A stretch of 25,202 bases of DNA from a virus (taxonomy: Duplodnaviria; Caudoviricetes): positions 1 through 25,202 of the IMG/VR virus record IMGVR_UViG_3300020417_001805; one strand, written 5' to 3'. Below the pieces are notes generated by a model. That model saw only the letters and a program-made list of their open reading frames with translations, made no database searches and was not told the origin of the DNA. A program made the position numbers and the translations under genes. This document shows positions 1 to 9,100 of this stretch, in pieces (the first letter of the stretch is position 1; each line of letters starts with the position of its first letter).

Positions 1-1
1 T

Positions 2-547
2 CCTGGGCGTGCTTTTTATTTTGAGACATATTTACCAGAGTATGCGGCAATGTACGATAAATTGCCCATCAGTGCCTTTGTCTCAGACCCTGAGATCCCT
101 TCACCCGACATGAGCCTACCCAACCTACAGTTTTGGAATTGTATGGACTACGGGGTTGTCTCGGTGGACAAGAAGTTTATTGGTTCGATGGATTTTGAGT
201 GCTATACAAGAGATCATGGTAACGTAAAAGGTACTTATATTTGTACAATTGACAATTATCATCATGATCCAGATTATGTTGACTGGGCAACAAGCGAAAA
301 TCCTGCCGAACACAAGTCACATAACCTGATTGAACTTGAAAATGGACAGTATGCACTGTATCCAAACAATAGATTACGTATTTTTGACAACAGTTTGACA
401 CCTGTCGAACCAAAAATGCCCGATTTTAAGGTTTCGACTCAATATTATCAGGTTGAAAATGGAAATGATCGACTTGGAATGGGTCGTGAAGATGAATATT
501 TCTGGAAAACGGCAAAAGAGCAAAAAATAAATACTGATGAGGGATAG
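2..547 (+). CDS. Hypothetical phage protein, 5'-truncated by the window edge
   Basis: Frame +2 is open from position 2 (PGRAFYFETYLPEYAAM-YDKLPISAF...), so the ATG at 50 is probably internal. Ends at TAG 545-547. Protein-like composition. Resembles, from recall, a conserved hypothetical found upstream of gp25 in cyanomyophages. Function unknown. Confidence 0.85.
   Translation, partial: PGRAFYFETYLPEYAAMYDKLPISAFVSDPEIPSPDMSLPNLQFWNCMDYGVVSVDKKFIGSMDFECYTRDHGNVKGTYICTIDNYHHDPDYVDWATSENPAEHKSHNLIELENGQYALYPNNRLRIFDNSLTPVEPKMPDFKVSTQYYQVENGNDRLGMGREDEYFWKTAKEQKINTDEG
527..533 (+). promoter_or_regulatory. Putative T4-like (gp55-dependent) late promoter ATAAATA
   Basis: aATAAATActg lies in the last codons (K-I-N-T) of the upstream gene. 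A start ~6 nt downstream would begin at ~539-540, the first base of the structured leader. Confidence 0.55.
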
Positions 548-586
548 AACCCCTATAAAAGTTCTGTTTTCTCGTAAAAACAGGAG
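540..586 (+). promoter_or_regulatory. Structured 5' leader: candidate H-type pseudoknot with an alternative SD-sequestering hairpin
   Basis: S1 AGGG(540-543)/CCCT(551-554); S2 TAGAAC(545-550)/GTTCTG(561-566) with one G-U pair; alternative hairpin TTCTGTTTT(562-570)/AAAACAGGA(577-585) covers AGGAG. Pairings checked by hand only. Confidence 0.45.
582..586 (+). promoter_or_regulatory. Shine-Dalgarno AGGAG for the ORF starting at 591
   Basis: cAGGAGcaccATG, 4 nt from SD to ATG. It is the only clear SD-led start I saw in the window. Confidence 0.75.
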
Positions 587-590
587 CACC

Positions 591-773
591 ATGGGTAATT
601 CACCAGTCGATAGGGACAGAGAGTACATGTACAAGATGTGGGGTACGAAAGATTTAATCACGGACTATTGGACAATGCCAAAAGAGTCTAATGATTGTGC
701 AGAAGAGAATGGAGACCTTTGTATTCAGGAAGTATTCCGTGACAGTGCAAAAAAGATTGATAATGAGTCATAA
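591..773 (+). CDS. Small hypothetical phage protein (60 aa, MGNSPVDRDREYMYKMWGTKDLITDYW...)
   Basis: Part of ORF-track 537..773. Start reassigned to ATG 591 because of the SD at 582-586. Fills the gap before gp25, and its stop TAA overlaps the next late-promoter motif. Confidence 0.7.
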   Translation: MGNSPVDRDREYMYKMWGTKDLITDYWTMPKESNDCAEENGDLCIQEVFRDSAKKIDNES

Positions 774-776
774 ATA
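770..776 (+). promoter_or_regulatory. Putative late promoter (c)ATAAATA for gp25-gp6
   Basis: Matches the T4-like late consensus TATAAATA at 7/8 and ends 24 nt upstream of the gp25 ATG. Confidence 0.7.
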
Positions 777-780
777 ACTG

Positions 781-794
781 AAGACTATAGTCTT
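781..794. repeat. Perfect 14-bp palindrome AAGACTATAGTCTT
   Basis: The sequence equals its own reverse complement. It lies between the late promoter and the gp25 start codon. Confidence 0.85.
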
Positions 795-800
795 GTCCTG

Positions 801-1202
801 ATGGCAATAACAAGGGTATCAAGATCATTTAAGGATATTAGTTTATCATTTGAACCACATCCAGTCACTAAAGATCTTGCTATTTTAAAAAATGAGCGGG
901 CGATCATAAGATCTGTCCGCAATATTGTTGAAACCATACCAACAGAGAGGTATTTTAATTCATCTCTTGGTAGTGAAGTTAGATCATCATTATTTGATAA
1001 TATTGACTTTGCTGTTGTTGGTATTATGAAAGATGATATTGTCAATTCGATTGAAAATTTTGAACCAAGAGTATCTAATGTTCAAGTGGATATTAATCCT
1101 GAGTTTGACAATAATTCCCTTGAAGTAACAGTTATTTTTGATATTATAGGGCAAGACTTACCCACACAAGAGTATACATTTATTTTAGAGGCAACGAGAT
1201 AA
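801..1202 (+). CDS. gp25: Baseplate wedge subunit gp25 (GPW/gp25 family)
   Basis: 133 aa with motifs FKDISLSF..HPVTKDL, AIIRSVRNIVET...ERYFNSSLGS and IENFEPRV, typical of T4 gp25/P2 gpW. Directly upstream of gp6, as in cyanomyophages. Confidence 0.93.
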   Translation: MAITRVSRSFKDISLSFEPHPVTKDLAILKNERAIIRSVRNIVETIPTERYFNSSLGSEVRSSLFDNIDFAVVGIMKDDIVNSIENFEPRVSNVQVDINPEFDNNSLEVTVIFDIIGQDLPTQEYTFILEATR

Positions 1203-1205
1203 AAA

Positions 1206-3125
1206 ATGCCTTTTACAAATTACACCAACTTAGACTTTGATCAAATAAAAACATCGATCAAAGATTACTTAAGAGCAAATTCAAACTTTACTGATTTTGA
1301 CTTTGAAGGATCAAACTTCTCAGTTCTAATCGATACGTTAGCATATAATACATATATCAATGCATTCAACTCTAACCTAGCGGTTAATGAAGTCTTTTTA
1401 GACTCTGCAACAATAAGAGAGAACATTGTTTCTCTGGCAAAGAATATTGGATATACTCCTAGATCAAGGAAAGCAGCTTCTGCTATTGTTTCATTTGATA
1501 TACAAACAAGTAGTGAAACACCCACACTAACATTACAACCAGAACTAGTCTGTGTAGGATCAGTTGATAATAGTTCATATATCTTTTCTATTAGTGAAGA
1601 AGTGACTGCCACTGTTACCAATGGAGTGGCATCATTTTCAAATCTAACAGTTTATCAAGGAAGATATTTAAAGAGAACCTTCCAGGTTGACGGGTCCCTA
1701 GACCAGAGATTTATCTTACAGAACCCCTTTATCGATACAAGTACAATTAGGGTCTATGTGAAGTCTCCTGGATCAACTGGAGACGGTAAAAAGTATTCTA
1801 TGGTAGATAACATTACTACTGTAGATAAAGACTCTGAGATATTCTTATTGCAAGAAGTCAAAGACGAGAAATATGAACTAATTTTTGGTGATGGAATATT
1901 TGGTAAGAAGTTGGAGACTAATTCTGAATTAGTTGTTCATTACATTGTCACTGATGGTAGAGATGGTAATGGAGCATCAGAGTTTTCATTCGCCGGAACC
2001 CTTCAAAATTCCAACGGAGCAACAATTGCGCCGACAAATGATGTAATTACCGTAACGACTATTCAAGCAGCTTCTGGAGGGTCTGAGATTGAAAGTGCAG
2101 ATTCAATTAAATATTATGCTCCTAGATTATATTCATCACAGTATCGTGCCGTTACTGAAAATGATTATGAAGCACTAATTAAAACACATATCTATCCAAA
2201 TGCAGAAATCATTTCTGTTGTTGGTGGTGAGGAATTAGACCCACCAGAATATGGATCTGTAATGATTTCTATCAAACCAAAGAATGGTTTATATATTTCA
2301 GATTTTGATAAGCAGCAAATTTTGTCTGGATTGAAGCAATATTCAGTTACAGGTATTAATCAAAGAATTGTTGATATTAAAGTTCTTTATATTGAGATTG
2401 AATCTTATGTTTATTATAATACATCTATGTCTTCTTCTGCAAGTACTCTACAAAGTAGGATTTTAAATTCTTTAACTACATTTGGAAATTCATTATATTC
2501 TACAAAGTATGGTGGAAGATTTAAGTATAGTAAAGCAATTAACTTAATTGACGAAACTGATACCTCAATCACATCAAATATAACCAAGATTACGCTTAGA
2601 AGAAATTTAAATTCCCTCTTAAATCAGTTTGCAGAGTATGAATTATGCTTTGGAAATCGTTTCCATGTAAATTCTGAAGGTAAGAATATAAAATCTACAG
2701 GATTTAAGGTTCCTGCAGTTGATCTTGGTACTAATGAATATGTTTATTTCACTGATATACCCAATCCAGATAAAAAAACTGGTGTTATTGCTGTTGTTAA
2801 ACCATCAATAAATCCACAAGATCCTGCAAGAATAATTTTACAATCTGCGGGTGTAGTAGATTATGAGAAAGGGGAGATTAGATTGAATAGTATTAATATC
2901 ATTGAAACTGAAAAACCAAATAGTGTCGTTGAAATTCAAGCTTATCCAGAGTCTAATGACATCATTGGTTTGAAAGATCTCTACCTGACAGTTGACACTT
3001 CAAAAAGTAAAATAAATATGGTTAAAGATGTTATTTCATCTGGCGAAAATACATCTGGTGTCTTATTCTCTACCAGTGATTATTATAAGTCCAGCTACTC
3101 CAACGGAAGTCTAACAAGAAATTAA
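1206..3125 (+). CDS. gp6: Baseplate wedge subunit gp6
   Basis: 639 aa. N-terminal LDFDQIK..IKDYLR...FTDFDFEGSNFSVLIDTLAYNTY, FLDSATIRENIVSLAKNIGYTPRS, YELIFGDGIFG and RAVTENDY are hallmarks of T4 gp6/baseplate J-like proteins. Confidence 0.95.
   Translation: MPFTNYTNLDFDQIKTSIKDYLRANSNFTDFDFEGSNFSVLIDTLAYNTYINAFNSNLAVNEVFLDSATIRENIVSLAKNIGYTPRSRKAASAIVSFDIQTSSETPTLTLQPELVCVGSVDNSSYIFSISEEVTATVTNGVASFSNLTVYQGRYLKRTFQVDGSLDQRFILQNPFIDTSTIRVYVKSPGSTGDGKKYSMVDNITTVDKDSEIFLLQEVKDEKYELIFGDGIFGKKLETNSELVVHYIVTDGRDGNGASEFSFAGTLQNSNGATIAPTNDVITVTTIQAASGGSEIESADSIKYYAPRLYSSQYRAVTENDYEALIKTHIYPNAEIISVVGGEELDPPEYGSVMISIKPKNGLYISDFDKQQILSGLKQYSVTGINQRIVDIKVLYIEIESYVYYNTSMSSSASTLQSRILNSLTTFGNSLYSTKYGGRFKYSKAINLIDETDTSITSNITKITLRRNLNSLLNQFAEYELCFGNRFHVNSEGKNIKSTGFKVPAVDLGTNEYVYFTDIPNPDKKTGVIAVVKPSINPQDPARIILQSAGVVDYEKGEIRLNSINIIETEKPNSVVEIQAYPESNDIIGLKDLYLTVDTSKSKINMVKDVISSGENTSGVLFSTSDYYKSSYSNGSLTRN
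3012..3018 (+). promoter_or_regulatory. Putative intragenic late promoter ATAAATA for gp7
   Basis: Within gp6 codons I-N-M, about 110 nt upstream of the gp7 ATG at 3127. Confidence 0.5.
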
Positions 3126-3126
3126 T

Positions 3127-6100
3127 ATGATACAGACAAGTTTTGAAAATAAGGTTCAAATTCAGGACATAATCGACAATCAGATACCTGAATTTATTGC
3201 TTCTGAGAGCCCTAAATTCACAGAATTTTTAAAACAGTATTATATTTCGCAAGAAATACAGGGTGGAAATGTAGATATCGTTGAAAACTTGCCATATTAT
3301 CTGAAATTAGATAATATGACACCAGAAGTTCTTAATAGTTCTTCTGAATTAACTCAAGATGTAACTACAGATGCAACAAAAGGTATTACATCTGAAATTT
3401 TTGTAACAACAACTGAAGGATTTCCTAAAAAGCATGGATTAATCCAAATTGATGAAGAAATTATCTCATATAAGTCCAAAACTTCCAATAGTTTTGTAGA
3501 TTGTGTTAGAAATTTTAGTGGAATTGCCGAATATGGAAAATCTTTAAGTTTTTCTTCCACAAATATTGCTTCACACACTTCAGGAACTAAGGTTATTAAC
3601 CTTAGTGTGCTATTTTTAGGCCAATTTTATCAAAAAATTAAGAATACCTTACTTACTGAGTTAGAATCTACCACTTTAAATGAAAATTTAAAAGTAAATA
3701 CCTTCTTAAAGAACACTACATCACTTTACAAATCAAAAGGGAGCAAAGAATCTTTTAGAATTTTGTTTAATGCACTTTTCGGCATTGAACCAGAGGTTGT
3801 TGACCTCGAAAAATATGTGATTAAGTCTTCAAACTCAGATTTTCGTAGAAGAAGAGAGGTTTTATGTGAATTACTGACTTCTGGAGACCACACAAAGATC
3901 ATTGGACAGCAACTAACAAAAACTAATGATACAAATGTCTTTGGATCTATTTCAGAAGTTGAAGTTTTAACAAGAGAAAATCGTTTATTATATAAAATTT
4001 TACTCTACGTTGGTTATGATGACTTTACTGCGACAAGTGAAGGTGAATTTTTGATTACACCTTCAACAAAACTGATTGATTCCATAAATTCTACTGATTT
4101 AACTTCAACACTTACTGTAGATTCTACTATCGGATTTCCAGAATCTGGCGTTGTTTATGCAAATGGTACAAAAATAACTTACACAGAAAAAACTATAAAT
4201 CAATTTTTAAATTGTTACACTGAAGGTGATAACTATATTAATTTAAATATTCCAAAAGTAACAAATATTCACTCCGATGATACTTATTTTGCCTATGAAG
4301 ATGGTGATACTTCCAAAAAACTAGAATTTAGACTTTTAGGATCAGTCAGAAATCTAAATTTGACTTATGGAAATCCAAATTATATTAGTCATGAAGGAGA
4401 AAAGATTATTGTAGATTCTCTTGGTATGGAGATTAAAAATACCAACAATAACAATCCTAAGCAGACTCTAGCAAATAGTTTTGTTTACAATACTAGTGTT
4501 AGGATTCCAATCATTATTGGCAATTTTGATGGTAGTACTGCAGAAACTCCTGTCACTTTAGATAAGAGTTTCTTAAAAACTGGTGATACTGTCGAATTTT
4601 TATCTAGAAATAGTGAGATTGTTCCTGAAGGGTATGGAGATGTAAAAATTACTGCCGTCACTGGAAATGAAATTATTTTTGGAAAAGGCCTTACAAGTTT
4701 AAATTCGGATGGAAAATATGATATTCGTAGAAAAGTAGAGTATGCATCAAGTACTTCTCTACCTTTAGCGTATGATAACCTAACGACAAATATCGTAAAT
4801 TTATACGATGAGAATAGAGTAAATTTTTATGTAGCATCAAATTCTCTTCCATCATATACGATCAGTAAAGATATTATCAAGTCTACTGTTGATACTGTAG
4901 ACTTGTCGTCTTTTAATCCACTAAAAGATGGATATTATAGATTAATTTTGAATAATCTAACATCTTTTATTGATGGTGATCAGATTACATACACTCATAC
5001 TGGAGAACCCATCAATGGTCTAAAGAGTGGAAATTATTATGTAACAGTAGAAGATAAAAAATATGTAAAATTATATCGATCAAATTCATCTATAAGTATT
5101 GGTGATTTCATTTACTTTCCAACAAATTACTCTGGACCTATAGTACCAGAAGGAACGCATACTTTTACATTATCTTCTCAACAATCAAATGATAATAAAA
5201 TTCATCCTTCAAAGAGTTTCAGAAAAATAAAATTAAATGATTTACTGACTGAGGGTGGTGGTACAGATAAAGTTGATGCCGGTTTTGTAGGAATGCTGGT
5301 AAATGGTGTCGATATTTTAAGTCCTATCACTCAAGATAAAATTTACTATGGACCTTTATCATCAGTTGATGTTTATAATGGTGGAAGTGGATATGATGTA
5401 ATTAACCCACCCGAGTTAAGAATCAGTGGTGATGCAAAAATTCAACCTGTTGTTCAAGGAAAAATTGAAAAGGTTTTTGTTGATCCCATGGAGTTTGATG
5501 TAAATGAACCTATAAAGGTTACTATATCTGGTGGTAATGGAAGAAATGCTAGTTTGCAACCTCAAACAAAAGTAGTATCAAGGGAAGTACCTTTCAATGC
5601 AAGACCTCTTAATGATGGTGGTGGTATAGATGAAGATGATGATACAATTACATTCCTAACCGATCATAACTTTTATAATGGTCAGAAAATATATTACATT
5701 TCTGACAACATTAATAATCCAAAAATCGGAATTTCTACTTTTGGTGGAGCAAATCAAACTGATGGTACATACTTAGAAAATAATACTTCTTACTATGCTA
5801 AGGTAGTAAATTCATCAACTATTAGAATACATCCATCATTAAGTGACTATAGAGCTGGTATAAACACGGTAGGTTTATCTACTGAAGGTAATTTTGGTAT
5901 TCATAAGTTTAGAACTGATGCAAGAAAGATTTTATCCAATATTGTAGTTGAAAATCCTGGAGAAGGATATACAAGCAGAAAACTAACACTTAATCAGTCC
6001 GGAATTTCTACAATTACAGATAGAATTGCATTTGTTAATCATGGATTTTCTGATGGAGAGTTGGTAAAATATGATTACGAAACTTCTCCTATTTCAGGAC

Positions 6101-9100
6101 TTTCAACATCTAATCAATACTATATTCTAAAAGTAGATGATCATTCTTTTAGACTATGCGATGCCGGAATTGGCGGAACCGATACTTCATTTTATGATAG
6201 AGAAAAATATGTCTCTATTGCTTCTAGTGGTATCGGATACCAGTATTTTGATTATCCAGATATTTCTATTGATGTTTCATATATTGTAGATGGTGAAAGA
6301 ACAGTTAGTCCTATTACTGCAACTCCTGTTATAAAGGGTTCTATCGTCGGTGCTTACTTGTACGAAAAAGGATCTAATTATGGATCTACTACATTAAATG
6401 TTGAAGAATCCCCTATTGTTGAAGTTGTTCAAGGAAGAGAGGCATCTTTTAGACCAATTATAACAGAAGGAAAAATTGAAAGAGTTGAAATAAATTATGG
6501 TGGATATGATTATAAATCTACACCAGATTTAAAAGTTATTAGTGATAAGGGTATCGGTGCAGAATTGAGAGCTATAATAAGTAATGGTTCAGTAGCATCT
6601 GTAAAAGTTATTGAAGGTGGACTTAATTATTCATATGAAGATATTGAAATTGTTCCTAGTTTTGATGGAAAAGATTTTGTAGCAGATATAAGTATTAGAA
6701 GTCTTATTGTAGACACTGCATACAAGTATGGTGTTCAATATGATAACTATAGAGATCCCTCATACGAATTACTTTATAAAAATAATAGAGAAGTTTTACA
6801 GTATGCGGTAACAGGATATTCAGATCTACTGAAATCGGAATTTAATGAAGATCCTAATGTACACTCTCCTATCATTGGGTGGGCTTATGACGGCAATCCA
6901 ATCTATGGTCCTTTTGGATATGAGAATCCAGAAAAAATATCTACCATCAGATTAATAAAGTCTAGTTATGTAAAAGATACTGATAATGTTGAGAATAGAC
7001 CTACAAACTCCGTATTTAATATAAGTGATCCAAATTCTTCATATTTTGTTGAAGATTATAAGTATGATGGATCTGGAGATTTAGATCGTTACAATGGCAG
7101 ATGGTGTATTACTCCAGAATATCCAAATGGTGTATATGCATATTTTGCTACTGCAAGATTGAATACTGAGCAGCAATATGTTGGAACATTCCCATATTTT
7201 GTAGGATTGACATATAGAAGTCCTTTAATTAGAGAGAATGTTGATGCTTCACTGTCGCACTCTTTTGATTTTAATAATAGTGATCTTTTAAGAAATACAT
7301 TCCCATACAAATCTAAGGATTTATATGCAACATATGATTTCTTCCCCATCAATAGAGCAACAATAAATCAAACTTCCGAAATTATAAGTGTAACTAAAGG
7401 AAGTATTGATCAGATAGGAATAACTTCTGCAGGAAAAAATTATCAAGTAGGTGATAAACTTAACTTTACAACTAACGGTACTGGAAATGGGTTATCTGTA
7501 AAGGTTGAATCTCTTGAAGGAAAACCAATAACATCAATTACAAATACAAGTCTAAAATATTCTAATTCTAATTTATATCCAAATGGAACTGATGGAAGTA
7601 TATTCTACATTTTACCATCACACAATCTAAGACCAAATACTAAAGTTACTATTACCGGATTATCTACCGAGTTTGCAGAATTGAATGGTGATCATATTGC
7701 AAGTGTAGACCAATTTACAACAAGGGCAACAGATGAAATAGTGCAACGTGATTACAATGCATCTGCTGGTGTTTATCATCAAAGTAGAAGTGGTATCGTT
7801 ACTGATATTAAATTAGATAGTCTTCCAACAAGAGTTTCAATTGGAAGTTCTATAAGACTTAAACCATTTGGTGGTGATGATGCTTATTATCAGCATTACA
7901 CAATTCTAAATTCATTTAAAGAAGATAATATTATTAGATGTAGAAAAACTGGAGGGGTTGGATTATGTTCTGCTACTACTGAAATTGAATTTTTACCACA
8001 TACTGTCAAGATAGATGCTTTACTCCCTGATAATGATTTAAAATTTAACTATAAGAGATATTTTAATCCACAACAATCTATTGGTATTGGAACATGGTCT
8101 GGAGTTAATAGTACAATTTCATTCCATATTGGAACAAGACGTATAACAAAAACTATACCAACTCGTTCATTATATATCCCCAATCATGGATTTAAGGATC
8201 GTGAAAAAGTTATAATGAGGAAAGCAAATAGTTCATCTGGAAACATTACTATTCAGATGAATGATAATCCTACAAGTACAAAAAATCTTCTTGCTGTAAA
8301 TAACCAAGAAGTATTATATGTAATTAAAAAAACTGATGATATAATAGGTATTCAGACAAGCATTGATGCTGCTTCTACAACTGATGGTCTGATTTTTGCT
8401 AATGGTATTAATGCTGGGTCAAATAATTTTGAATACAGTCTTGAATCTGCAGTTGAGGAAGAAACTGCAATAATATACCAAAATAAGTCAACAGTATCTG
8501 TTTCTACAGTTCATGGATTAAAAGATAGAGATTTTGTTAAAATTGAAGTTGTTCCCGATATACAAACCGGTATTGGAAATAGTACTATTTTGAATACTGA
8601 ATATATTTCAAAGTTTAAATCAATAAGTTTTAAAACATTTGTTGTATCGGCTGGTGATGTAAATTCTGATACTAACGAAATAACTATTGAAAATCACCTA
8701 TTAAATGGAGGCGAAAGAGTTAGTTTTGTTGGATCTGATATTCCCTCTGGTATTGATAGTGAAACGGCTTATTATGTAAGTAAAGTTGATATTGATACTA
8801 TTAAACTTTCAGAAACTTATAAAGAATCTATTTCAAAACCATCAACCACTATAAAATTTGTAGATTCTGGCAGCGGAAATCATGAGATTAAACTTTTGGA
8901 TTCTAATATCAGTGCTATAAGAAATAATACTCTTTTCTTTGACGTATCAGATGCCTCTTTAGAGGGTTATAATATAAAATTCTATTATGATAATGAATGT
9001 AAAAATGAATTTGTATCTGGAATATCTACACAATTCCCGATAACAAGAGTTGGTGCTGTAGGTTTGGGAAGTACTGCAACTATATCATTAAAATATGACA

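Noticed and set aside
554-561. TATAAAAG as a late promoter
   Set aside because: It mismatches the last two consensus bases and is better explained as the pseudoknot's A-rich loop.
540-566. Direct call as a preQ1-I riboswitch
   Set aside because: Only the overall topology and the CCCUAUAAAA tract resemble it. The loop 1 and loop 2 ligand-contacting nucleotides are not evident, and no queuosine genes are in the window. An Rfam search is needed.
537-590. Longer 78-aa version of the small ORF starting at ATG 537
   Set aside because: It has no SD, overlaps the upstream gene, and starts at or before the predicted late TSS. ATG 591 has a clear AGGAG. The longer form is not strictly excluded.
125-1621. 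Minus-strand ORFs 125-313, 177-413, 374-661, 785-1045 and 1265-1621
   Set aside because: Antisense shadows of well-supported + strand genes, with no recognisable motifs.
801-3125. Bacterial T6SS, eCIS or tailocin interpretation (gp25 ~ TssE, gp6 ~ baseplate J)
   Set aside because: T4-type gp7 and gp8, VrlC synteny and T4 late promoters indicate a lytic T4-like phage.
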